A DNA stretch of 64,000 nt, from assembly GCA_963771005.1 (NCBI GenBank), contig CAVYRO010000008.1:197029-261028 (forward strand). Reading direction: 5' to 3'. The DNA is from an uncultured Bacteroidales bacterium. GTDB taxonomy: Bacteria > Bacteroidota > Bacteroidia > Bacteroidales > GCA-2748055. How positions within the stretch are numbered: position 1 is the first letter of the stretch; each line of letters begins with the position of its first letter. The notes beneath the pieces are model-generated. The model saw nothing but the letters and a program-made list of their open reading frames with translations. It was not told where the DNA came from and did no database searches. Position numbers and translations under genes: made by a program. Positions 26,266 through 36,553 of the stretch are shown here, piece after piece.

Positions 26266-27855
26266 TCACCCGATATCCAACTCATCAAAAGGATTTTTTT
26301 CATCCGTGTTTTTACGGCTGGTTACATGGGTGTATATTTCGGTGGTCTTGATGCTGCTGTGTCCCAACTTTTCCTGCAATGCCCTTATGTCCTTCGTCAG
26401 TTCGTAATCGTGCGTCGCAAAAGTATGCCTTACTTTATGAGGAGTTATGTCCTTATCGACGCCGGCCCGCACGGCTGCACGCTTCACAACTTTCTCAACA
26501 CTCCCTCGTGAATATTTCCCGCCGTTCATTCCTTCAAAAAGATATACCGAAGGCTTGTACCGTTCCATATATTTCTCGTAAAAAGGATCAAATTTCGCCG
26601 GAATGGGCACATAACGCTCCTTCCTTCCCTTGCCCATTATCAACAATTGCCGCCTTTCCCAGTCAAAATGGTCAAGTTTGCAGTCCAGGACTTCGGCTAA
26701 TCTCATCCCGGTAGCATATAATATTATGATCAGGGTCTTATGCTTGATGTTTCGGGTAACCTCAATCATCTTCTTTATCTCATCGGTATTCAGGAACTTC
26801 GGTAAAGTTTTTCCCAATTTGGGCCGGTCAATGAAATAAAATTTTCTTTCCCCGCCTTTGACTTTCTCATAATAAAACTTAATGGCATTGATGGCCAGAT
26901 TCAGGGTTGATTCAGAAACATTCCTCTCCACATTTAGATACATCAGAAATGACCTTATCTCATCTTCCGTGATCTTATCAATCTCTACTGTGTCGAAAAA
27001 ATTAATAAACTCCGTAAACATGGAAGTATAATTCCTGCAGGTATTCTTACTGTACCTTAACTCTTTCAGCTTGAAGATATACGTATCCGGACAGGGCCGG
27101 AAATTTTCAATCTCATCCCTTCTCTTTCTTTTTTTAACGGGTCCCCCCTTTACATCCTCTATGCAGGAAAAGGATTTTCCTAAAGCCGTGATAATGTTCT
27201 GCAATTGCCTGAGAAACAGTTCAGAAAAAGGGATTGAAAAGCATTTGTTCATTTTGTCATACTTCCAGTATGGGAATTCTTTGATTTTCTTGATTAAATC
27301 TTTGTTGTACTTACCGATAATCTTTAATCTGCCCGATGCAGTCCTGACGATCCGGATATCGGTATCAAATGCCGGGGACGAAATTTCATCTTCCTTCATT
27401 AATTCCGCATCCTTTAACCTGGTTCCAAAGTAGGATCGGATTTTATCAAGATTAGTTCCGAAATTTGTCACCTGCCAAAGCCTGTTCGTCCAATCCCAGT
27501 TGCTGTATCTAATTAATTCCTTGATGAACCGGAGGTCAGCTTCATTTTTCTCCATTTTAACCAGGATCTTTTTTTCAAAAACCTGCATAAGAACTGGCTC
27601 TGAACCTTCCGGATCCCCCTCCTTTTCCTTAGGTTTATCTGTAGAGGAGGCACTTTTTTCCTGATATTCAAGATTTGGAAACATCCTCTTTATCTCACTG
27701 AAGGCTTCACGCGTATACGGAATATGCCACGATCTATACGTCTTGCTCCAGGTACAACCTTTGATCGTCTTTATTTTTTCTTTTGTGGAAGTATCATAGG
27801 GGAATTTCAGAAGTATACGATACTCTCCGTGATGCAGGATTTTTTCCAGTTCCAT
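26266..27855 (-). CDS. Tyrosine site-specific recombinase (XerC/D-like catalytic domain) with a 240-aa N-terminal extension of three related modules
   Basis: 529-aa intact ORF. Catalytic motifs are ATGMRLAEV (Arg), GKGRKER (Lys), HKVRHTFAT (HxxR) and LGHSSIKTTEIYTHV (His, Tyr). The SAM-like core-binding segment is YSKNTCRNYTSMFTEFINFF...STLNLAINAIKFYY. Only 58 aa lie between GKGRKER and HKVRH by my count. Confidence 0.9.
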   Translation of the reverse strand: MELEKILHHGEYRILLKFPYDTSTKEKIKTIKGCTWSKTYRSWHIPYTREAFSEIKRMFPNLEYQEKSASSTDKPKEKEGDPEGSEPVLMQVFEKKILVKMEKNEADLRFIKELIRYSNWDWTNRLWQVTNFGTNLDKIRSYFGTRLKDAELMKEDEISSPAFDTDIRIVRTASGRLKIIGKYNKDLIKKIKEFPYWKYDKMNKCFSIPFSELFLRQLQNIITALGKSFSCIEDVKGGPVKKRKRRDEIENFRPCPDTYIFKLKELRYSKNTCRNYTSMFTEFINFFDTVEIDKITEDEIRSFLMYLNVERNVSESTLNLAINAIKFYYEKVKGGERKFYFIDRPKLGKTLPKFLNTDEIKKMIEVTRNIKHKTLIIILYATGMRLAEVLDCKLDHFDWERRQLLIMGKGRKERYVPIPAKFDPFYEKYMERYKPSVYLFEGMNGGKYSRGSVEKVVKRAAVRAGVDKDITPHKVRHTFATHDYELTKDIRALQEKLGHSSIKTTEIYTHVTSRKNTDEKNPFDELDIG

Positions 27856-28089
27856 GGCTTTGAATTTTTAAAGGTATTAATGATGACCCTGGTCTTCTAT
27901 TTACCACTTAATGGAAAAAACAGGAAAATCTCGCCCTGCCTGATTAGCTTTTTTTCAAAAAATTTTGCTTTAACCTTTCTGGATTTTGAAGTCATACTGC
28001 AGTACTAAGTATGCAAGTAAGCCCCATGCAATCTCATTTCTGCTTCAGGCAATCTTTTGCTCGATTACCAGCCATCAGGTCACAGCGAT

Positions 28090-28608
28090 TCACCTGAAGA
28101 AATGTCGCGGAAACGGGATGATCTCATTAACCGAGCTCTCATATTTCTCGTATTCCTCCCCAAATATCCTTTTTAATACACTTGTTTCACCATGGATGGA
28201 GAGCCTGAAGCCAATATACAAAACAATGGAAATAGAAAATGTCAGGCCTGAATGAAAAATAATTGCCATTGAAGGTATTATAAAAACGATCACAGACGAG
28301 TATATCGGATTCCGGCAAAGACGAAAAGGCCCTTTAGTGATGAGTTCACCAGGTTTAAAGTATTTCAGGAAGAAAACAGCAGAATAGATCCAGAAGATAA
28401 TCCCGGTCCCGAGCCAGATGAATCCTGCAACTTTAGCATATATGACATCCAGGAACTTTAAATCCAGGAATCCGGGATACATAAACATTACTACCGAGGC
28501 CAGGATTATGTATGGCAGGCTTACTATTGCCAGTTTTGGTCCGCAACCAAAAAGTGTCATAGATGTATTCATTATATCCTTATTAGTATTTGCAAGAAAA
28601 CTCGACAA
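28090..28608 (-). CDS. Isoprenylcysteine carboxyl / phospholipid methyltransferase-family membrane protein
   Basis: 172-aa polytopic ORF with GPFRLCRNPIYSS, matching the family motif G-x-Y/F-x-x-x-R-N/H-P-x-Y. Confidence 0.7.
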   Translation of the reverse strand: MSSFLANTNKDIMNTSMTLFGCGPKLAIVSLPYIILASVVMFMYPGFLDLKFLDVIYAKVAGFIWLGTGIIFWIYSAVFFLKYFKPGELITKGPFRLCRNPIYSSVIVFIIPSMAIIFHSGLTFSISIVLYIGFRLSIHGETSVLKRIFGEEYEKYESSVNEIIPFPRHFFR

Positions 28609-29349
28609 CCCTTCGACTTCGCTCAGGGACCGGCAACTTCATTCAAGAGGGTGAACTTAATCCGCCTACCGGATAGCACTATTAAAAATACCCCATTCTT
28701 TCCATATTTTGAATTTTTTAACCCATAAAATTTCTGGTGATGAGATTCCTGTTATCGCAGCAGCTTATCGGTATGGGTTTTACCAAACAGCCGATTTTAA
28801 ATTAACATCCTAATCCCATGACCTATACTGGTTAACCGCGTTATCAGATCCGGAAAAAAATCCTGTTTTTATACTGCCAGAAATAATCATACCATAACTT
28901 CAGGGTGGCGCTCAGCGACAGGGCAAACCCAGAAAACACCGGTCCCAGCCGGTCAAAAGTGAAGGAGACGAGAGGCGTGGCGATGTAATCACCCGATACA
29001 ATTACCGGGGAGCGGACCGTGTGAGCCTTACTTCCGCCTGGAACTTTACATGAAAGATCCTGTCCTCTGAACACAATTCCCTCTACCGGTGTTATTTATC
29101 AGAGGTTATAAAAAGGCTTGACGGGTCGTGCATCCCCCCGCCCCATGTGAGTCGTCTGTTTTTTGAATGGAACCTTTACTGAATAATTTTTTGTTAAATG
29201 GAGCCCGGAAATGGAGGTCGAGTGTCGAACATTCAATTCTTCCCCTGACCCGTGCCAGACAAAACGGGCTCACTGAAAATTGTTTAATCTGACTATTTGG
29301 AACTAACCCGGAGAGCTTCACCCCTTTCCGTATTAAATGAAAGCCGGTC

Positions 29350-29949
29350 ATGGAAGAGCATGATTTGATAGCCAGGATCAGGAAAGACGATGAAAAAGCT
29401 TTCGAGACGCTTTTCAGGAAATATTTTCAGGATCTTCTCAATTATGCCGGATTTTACATCGGCGACAAGCAACTTGCAGAGGACATTGTTCAGGATATCT
29501 TCCTGAAACTCTGGAGGTCAAGGAGGTCACTGAACATTAAAATCAGTATCAGGGGTTATCTGATCAAGTGGATCCACAACGAATGTATCAGCTTCCTCCG
29601 CCATGAAACGGCCAGGCACAAACACAGCGAGGTGCACCGCATGAAACTCCGGGAAGCACAGATCATGAACCGGCTGTTCAGCGAGACCGGCCTGAACCTC
29701 TTATTCGAAAAAGAGATCGATGTCCTCGTGTTGAATGCCCTCGAGAAACTTCCGGATCAAACAAGAAGAATTTACCTCCTGTCACGGGACCAGCACCTCA
29801 CCAACAAGGAAATCGCCAAAAGCTTTCATCTCACCGAAAAATCCATCGAATACCATATTACCCGTGCCCTCGAACTTTTAAGGATCGCCCTGAAAGACTA
29901 CCTCGTTGTTTTCCTGGCCACCGGCCTCCTTTTTCCATTTTTTTTCTGA
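29350..29949 (+). CDS. ECF-type RNA polymerase sigma-70 factor
   Basis: 199-aa ORF with region 2 (AFETLFRKYFQDLLNYA...DIVQDIFLKLW) and region 4 HTH (LTNKEIAKSFHLTEKSIEYHITRAL). It sits directly upstream of a FecR-like gene. Confidence 0.85.
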   Translation: MEEHDLIARIRKDDEKAFETLFRKYFQDLLNYAGFYIGDKQLAEDIVQDIFLKLWRSRRSLNIKISIRGYLIKWIHNECISFLRHETARHKHSEVHRMKLREAQIMNRLFSETGLNLLFEKEIDVLVLNALEKLPDQTRRIYLLSRDQHLTNKEIAKSFHLTEKSIEYHITRALELLRIALKDYLVVFLATGLLFPFFF

Positions 29950-30010
29950 ATCCGTTTAGGGATAAACGGCTCGCGGACGTCTCTTAAATACATACCTTGT
30001 TTTTAAGCTC

Positions 30011-31141
30011 ATGTCCGATTCAACCATTATTAAATTTCTTTTAGGCACAGCCACTCCCGAAGAAACCGATGCCCTTTTCGCCTGGCTTAATGAAGATACC
30101 GCCAATCGTCTTAAATATTTTGAAGTCAAAAGGATCTTCCTGGAAAGTCATGGTCCCGGCAAGGCAAATGTCGACCAGGCCTGGGAACGTATGCATCTTT
30201 CGTTACGCAGGGAGCAGGAGGACGGTCGGCTCTCCCATGGCAAAGGCCGGAGACTCTCACCTTTATATATCCTGGTTGCAGCCACCTTTGCGCTCCTGGT
30301 TATTACTACCTCGTATTTTGCCTTCAGGCTTCAGAATTTCAGGCAGATAACGGCCAAAGCGAACGAGATCAACGTTCCCTACGGCTCCAGGATCAGCATG
30401 GTTCTGCCCGACGGATCAAAGGTATGGCTTAATTCGGGAAGCAAACTGACCTACAATGCCGGTTTCGGACTGAATATCAGGAATGTTGATCTCACCGGCG
30501 AAGCCTTCTTCGATATCCGTCTCAATGCAAAAGTCCCCTTCATTGTCACAACCAGCGATCTCTCCATCCGCGTCCTGGGAACCGTTTTTAATGTCAGGTC
30601 CTACCCCGACGACAAGGTCATCGAAACGACCCTGGTCAGGGGAAGGATCGAGGTTAATTCCCTGAATGCCGGTGACAGGCAGAATACGATCGTCCTTTCA
30701 CCCCATGAAAAACTTATCTATACAAAGGCCGACAAAACCCTTGCACGGAGTCCCGCACAGGAAAATCAAGCCACCTCCCCCGCCGGAACCGCAGCCCAAA
30801 TAAAATCCGAAACAAGGATACATGTTGCCAAAATAGAATACCCTGAGAATGACGGTTCATGGAAGGACGGGAAACTGATCCTCAGGTCCGAACCCCTGGA
30901 GAACATCACCCGGCAGTTGGAACGACATTATAATGTACAGATCATCTTCCGGGATGATTCCATAAAGAATATAAAATTCACCGGCGTCCTCGACCAGGTC
31001 ACGATCGAAGAGGTGATGCGCGCGATTTCCAGCGCCTCGCCCATTAAATATGCGATAGACAAAAATGTGATAACCCTGAGATATGTAAAAAGATCAAAAA
31101 GCAAAAAGCCGGAAAATGCGGCCACATTTTCCGGCAGATAG
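30011..31141 (+). CDS. FecR-family anti-sigma factor / transmembrane sensor
   Basis: 376-aa ORF with a central TM helix (LYILVAATFALLVITTSYFAF) and a FecR-type periplasmic segment (LPDGSKVWLNSGSKLTY...VDLTGEAFFDI...PFIVTTSDLSIRVLGTVFNV). Confidence 0.85.
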   Translation: MSDSTIIKFLLGTATPEETDALFAWLNEDTANRLKYFEVKRIFLESHGPGKANVDQAWERMHLSLRREQEDGRLSHGKGRRLSPLYILVAATFALLVITTSYFAFRLQNFRQITAKANEINVPYGSRISMVLPDGSKVWLNSGSKLTYNAGFGLNIRNVDLTGEAFFDIRLNAKVPFIVTTSDLSIRVLGTVFNVRSYPDDKVIETTLVRGRIEVNSLNAGDRQNTIVLSPHEKLIYTKADKTLARSPAQENQATSPAGTAAQIKSETRIHVAKIEYPENDGSWKDGKLILRSEPLENITRQLERHYNVQIIFRDDSIKNIKFTGVLDQVTIEEVMRAISSASPIKYAIDKNVITLRYVKRSKSKKPENAATFSGR

Positions 31142-31209
31142 ATTAAAAACCCCAATCCGGGGAACGTGTTCCCGGGAACGGAATGTTTAACACTTAAACG
31201 TCTAAATTT

Positions 31210-34200
31210 ATGAAAACTAACGATGACAAGCATGCTATTTTCAAAAAAAATAGCATCAAAAAAATTCTACTCATTATGAAACTAACGTTATACCTTTTCA
31301 TTTTGACTGTTTTCCATGTGGCGGCTGCGGATGTCTTTTCACAGGACAACCTGATCAGTCTTAACATGAAAAACGCGACGGTACGCGATGTTGTAGGGGA
31401 GATCGGAAAGCAATCCAATATCGATTTCTTCTACAATGACAATCTGAAGGAATTAAACACGATAGTCAACGTTTCCGCAGAGAACCAGCCGGTTGAGAAT
31501 GTCCTTCAAGGAGCTCTTTCACAGGCGAATATGAGGTATGAGGCGATCAAGGACAATTTCGTCGTACTCATCCCGGGCATCAGCGAAATTAAACAACAAA
31601 CTACAGTTACCGGTAAGGTAACAAATACAGCAGGCGAACCTATGGTCGGGGTCACCGTGGTGGTCAAGGGAACCGATAACGGGACCATTACGAACCTCGA
31701 AGGGAAATATACCATACCGGTTTCCGGGGCAGATGCTGTCCTGGTTTTCTCATTCGTGGGCATGGAGACCAGGGAAGTACCTGTCTCCGGGCAGACGGTG
31801 ATCGATGTATCGCTCTCCGAATCAGCCGTCGGTCTTGAAGAAGTCGTGGCTATCGGTTATGGCACCGTCAGAAAAAGCGATCTCACGGGTGCGGTCGGAT
31901 CGGTGAATGCAAAAGATATTTCACGGTCCAATTTTGTACAAACGACCGAAGCGTTACAGGGACAGGTGGCCGGTGTCAGTATTGCCAGGTCGAATTCTAT
32001 GCCGGGCGCCGATTACAATATAGATATCCGGGGCCTCAGTTCCATCAATTTCAGCAACGCTCCCCTCGTGGTTATCGACGGTGTGATGGGTGGCAATCTC
32101 AATACGCTGAACCCCAGTGATATTGCTTCCATCGACGTATTGAAGGATGCTTCTGCCACAGCCATCTACGGGTCAAGGGGTGCAAACGGGGTGATCATCG
32201 TTACCACCAAAAAAGGTGCGACGGGGAAACCAAAGGTGACACTCGACAGCTATATCGGTGTAAAGGTAACCTCACATCTCCCCGATATCATGAATGCCCA
32301 GCAGTTCGCGAAAGCCTATACGGAGGATGTGGCGCTGACCAATGGCACACCTGATAAATTTACTTCCACCGAGCAGGCAACGATCGATGAAGGAAGATCC
32401 ACCGACTGGGTCGATCTGATCACCGATCCTGTTCCTCAAACGAGTCATGTCCTGGCAGTGTCCGGCGGGAACGGAAAGTACAAGGTACTATTTCTCGGGA
32501 GGTTATCTGAACGAACACGGAAATGTGATCAACACCGATTTTACCCGGTACAATCTCAAGGGAAGTATCGAGAGTAAATTCAATGATGTGGTCAAGGCAG
32601 GATTCACGAGTTACTATACTTACAGCCTGCAAAACCAGGGTTCCTTCGAAGCTCTGCGTTCAGCCTACAGGGCACGCCCTACAGGGGTGAACCTGTACAA
32701 GGATGTTATCAATCCCCAGGAGAACAATGAACTCGACTGGAATGGCTACGCTGTCTGGATGGGGATAAATGATCACCAGGTCCTGAATCCGGTTGTTGAA
32801 GGGGATGCGGAAAATTACAAGTATGAGACACGGAGGGGAAACCTGCTGGCGAATGCCTTTGTGGAACTGACGCCCTTCAGGAACTTCTCGCTGAGATCTT
32901 CCATGTCGACATCGACCTCCAATATGAGGCTAGGGGACTTCCGCGGCACGTATACCAAGTCGCAGAAAACAACGAGCAAACCCAGGGCTGAGTATAATAC
33001 GGAAAACTTTACATCTTATACCTGGGATAATATCCTGAATTATAAAATCGTGGCCGGCCAGCACCAGGTTAATTTTTCGGCTATTCAGAGTACATTCCAG
33101 GAAAGAACGGAATCTTCAGATATCCAGGTCGAGAATCTTCCTTATAACTCCATCTGGTACAATGTAGGTTCTGCCGGAACGATCAATGGCGTAAGCAGTA
33201 ACCTGATCAAGCGTACACTCCTGTCATACATGGGCCGACTGAACTATTCCTGGGCCGACCAGGTGCTTTTCACTGCATCCGGACGCTGGGACGGGTCTTC
33301 GGTCCTGGCTCCGGGGCATAAATGGGCTTTCTTCCCCTCGGCCGCCCTGGCATGGAGGATCAGTGAAACTTCCTTCCTGAATGATGTGGATTTCCTGTCC
33401 AGCCTGAAACTGAGGTTGAGTTACGGCATCGTAGGGAATGATGTGGTACCCCCATACGGAACACAGGCCAACCTCATAAGCACGCCCTACGATTTTGACG
33501 GAGTCGGCAGCGTTCGGACTCGCCCCTTCAACACTCGGCAACCAGGACCTGAAATGGGAGATGAGCAAGGAGCTGAATTTCGGCATCGACGCCGCCATTC
33601 TTGAATAACAGGATCTACGCATCGATCGATCTTTACAACAGGAATACCGTGGACCTGATCCTTAACCAGAAACTCCCCACTTCATCCGGCTTCGAGGATG
33701 TTACTTCAAATGTGGGTAAGGTTCAGAATAAAGGAATAGAGGTCACCCTCAATACCGTTAATATAGTCGCGGGCGATTTCAGGTGGAGCACCAATCTCAA
33801 TTTCTCGGCAAACCACAATGAGATCAAGGAGCTCTATGGAGGCGGCATCACTGCTGATAAAGGGAACGGCTGGTTCGTAGGGGAATCACTGAACTCCAAT
33901 TACTACTTCAAATTTGACGGTATATGGCAGGAGAATGAGGCAGACCAGGCAACAGCCTATGGGCAGGAACCCGGTTCGGTAAAGGTGGTCGATCAAAACA
34001 GCGATGGTAAGATCTCCTCTTCAGGTGATGATCGACGACAGGGTAATTCTGGGTACCGAACTTCCGAAATGGATCGGCGGTATGACCAATACGATGAGTT
34101 TCAAGAATTTTGATTTCTCATTCTTTATCTATACACGCCAGGGCGTGCAGTTCAGGAACGGGATGCTGTCCGGGACCATGGGTGAAGTGACCAATGGCCG

Positions 34201-34525
34201 CTACAATCACCTGAACCTGAATTACTGGACTCCAAATAATCCTACCAATGATTATTTCGGGCTTACCATGTCCAACCCTTACCGCCAGGCAATTGAATAC
34301 CAGGATGCATCCTTTGTACGCGTTGCGAATATCACCCTGGGTTACAATTTTCCCGGCAGCCTGCTGAACAAATGGCAGATCGGTAATTTCCGCATTTATG
34401 CACAGGTTAACAATCCCTTTGTATTCACGGACTATGTCAGTTTTGATCCTGAATACAATTCAAATACCTACAGAGATAATGTACCCTTTACGACATACCT
34501 TTTTGGCATAAGCCTGGGTATCTGA
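31210..34525 (+). CDS. SusC/RagA-family TonB-dependent transporter with N-terminal STN signalling domain; 3 frame breaks
   Basis: Track ORFs 31210-32577, 32447-33604, 33601-34113 and 34004-34525 are collinear pieces. The STN-like region is MKNATVRDVVGEIGKQSNIDFFY. The carboxypeptidase-regulatory-like region is VTGKVTNTAGEPMVGVTVVVKGT. Plug motifs are VVAIGYGTVRKSDLTGAV and DVLKDASATAIYGSRGANGVIIVTTKKG. SGGN..TRYYFSGGY lies across the first break. Confidence 0.9.
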
Positions 34526-34558
34526 AAATAGATTGTTTGACCATAAAAATATAAGAAA

Positions 34559-36385
34559 ATGAAGCTATATAACAAATGGAACATCATTCTGGCATGTTAT
34601 CCTTCTCATAGCGGGATCCGGATGTCAGAACTTTCTCGAAGAAGAACCCGTATCCAATATCACCGCGGATTCCTATTATATTGATGCAGAACGGGTTTGA
34701 AGACCTGGTTAAATCTTCCTATACTCTGCTTCGCGATATCTCACAGCAGCGGAACCTTGTCCTGCTGGGCACGGATATGTTCACGAGCCTCGGCTGGGCT
34801 AAGCCTTCGGATGCCGGCAACGGCCTGGATCTTTACGATGTCAGGATGAATTCTGAAGAAGGCTCACTAAAATCCCTCTGGGATTTGCTCTACCGTGAGA
34901 TCGGCCGGACGAACACGGCAATTACCCGTGCGCCCGGCATCGATATGGATGAAGAGCTCAAAACAGTGAGGGTTGGTGAGGAAAAATTCCTCCGGGCCTA
35001 CTGTTACTTTCAGCTGGTTCAGCAATGGGGAGATGTACCGATGCCACTTGAAGAGACTACGACGGCCAGCAAAAAGGTCGATCGCGTTGCTGTCAGCCGA
35101 TGTGTATACCCAGATCCTGAAAGACCTGACCGATGCAGAAGCAGTCCTTCCGGAAACGGCCTCCGATTACGGCCGGGCAACGAAGGGTGCTGCCCGGTTT
35201 CTTCTCTCCAGGGTATACCTTACCAGGGGATGGAATTATAATAATTCCCTGGGTGGATCGGCGGCCGATTTCGATAAAGCGCTTCAGTTTGCGGACGATA
35301 TCATCGATGCCTATCCGCTTGCCGAACACTACAGCGATCTTTTCCCCCAGCATTCCGAGAATCCTCTCACGGAAACCTTCCCCTCTCAGAATGACCGGAA
35401 TCCCGAAATTGTTTTTGCCGTGCAGTACAGTGATGATGTGCTGACCTACCTCGGGGATCCGTCAAACCCCGATGCACTCCCGGGCAATAATGCCCATTCA
35501 ATATTCGGGGGCGGAGTGGAGGAAATGCCCGGTCAAAATTCCAGAACCAGCGAATATAACAGGCACCTGAATGATTTCGTCGTTACGCCGGCAATGTACC
35601 GATTATATGATCCTCAATTGGACAACCGGTACCAATGGAATTTCGTGGATGCCATCGTTGCCCTTCACGACGTGAAAAATTTCCAGCCGGTCATTGGTGA
35701 TACAACCATCAAGATCAATATCAGCGCCGGTGATACAGTGGTCAGGTACCGTGCCTGGAATAATCCCGCAGATCCTTCGGAAAAAGGGATCGATGTCGGG
35801 GGTGACAAACCCTATGCCGTGCTTAACACGAGCGATTTCGGGACCATCGGGAAAACCGCATACCATGATGAATTTAAGACCCCGCTGATGTGGAAATTCT
35901 GGCAACCCGGCATCCCTTACGGAGATGCTTACGGCACTACGGATTTCATCCTTTTCCGGTCGGCCGAAGCCTATCTTATCGCTTCCGAAGCCATCGTGAA
36001 AGGAGCTTCAGGCGGCAAACTGGGTGATGCATCGGTTTATTACAATAAGGTCCTCGATCGCGCCCTTGGGGATGATAAAGGAGAGATGCCCTACCGAGCC
36101 GCCGATCCGGCAGCCGTTGGAACGCTTGATTCCGTCTCCTACAGGGCCACTCCCGGTAACGTGACAATTGACATGATCCTCAATGAACGGGCCAGGGAAC
36201 TTCTCGGGGAAGGTATGCGCTGGTACGATCTGAAAAGAACAGGCAAACTGATCGAACGCACGACGGAAATGAATCCCTGGACAGCAGCCAAAGGCCAGAT
36301 GGACCAGCATCATCTGGTGCGGCCTCTGCCCCAGAGCGAGATCGACCTGTCTTCACCGGCGATATCTCAAAATGAAAATTATTAA
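34559..36385 (+). CDS. SusD/RagB-family outer-membrane glycan-binding lipoprotein; frameshifted
   Basis: ATG at 34559 (MKLYNKWNIIL...) shifts frame into ...QNFLEEEPVSNITADSYY, then into track ORFs 34681-35241 and 34973-36385. The C-terminal ILNERARELLGEGMRWYDLKRTGKL is a typical SusD ending. Confidence 0.8.
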
Positions 36386-36553
36386 TGATAATTTGTTGTT
36401 TAAAAGAAGTTGAATGTGAAATTCGCAGGAGGAACATGGAACCTGGAAAGCGGATTCCGGTCAGTATACCGGGACAGATGACGCGGGATCCGCTTCCCAA
36501 ATTCATCCACCTATTCCATATTCCCGGAATTTTAATCAATAGGAATTCATATT

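Larger units (their letters stand above)
1..27855 (-). mobile_element. Integron-like gene-cassette array plus adjacent tyrosine recombinase; the array runs off the left edge of the window
   Basis: 15 attC-like imperfect palindromes separate groups of minus-strand genes. The GTT-side flank of one site is the reverse complement of the AAC-side flank of the next site to the right, e.g. GTTGTAGGGC 5007-5016 vs GCCCTACAAC 6035-6044 and GTTGTGTTGC 6162-6171 vs GCAACACAAC 6901-6910. The array stops at an attI-like site at 25967-26030, 236 bp downstream of the recombinase stop codon. Confidence 0.8.

Noticed and set aside
26266-27855. Calling the recombinase a classical integron integrase (IntI).
   Set aside because: The region between the conserved Lys box and the HxxR box is only 58 aa, so there is no room for the IntI-specific additional domain. 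The gene is annotated as a XerC/D-like tyrosine recombinase with a novel N-terminus.
28609-29349. Minus-strand ORFs 28844-29074 and 29106-29351 in the gap between the membrane methyltransferase and the sigma factor gene.
   Set aside because: They have no motifs, no plausible start context and odd composition. They could be remnants of a decayed gene, but I cannot support a call.
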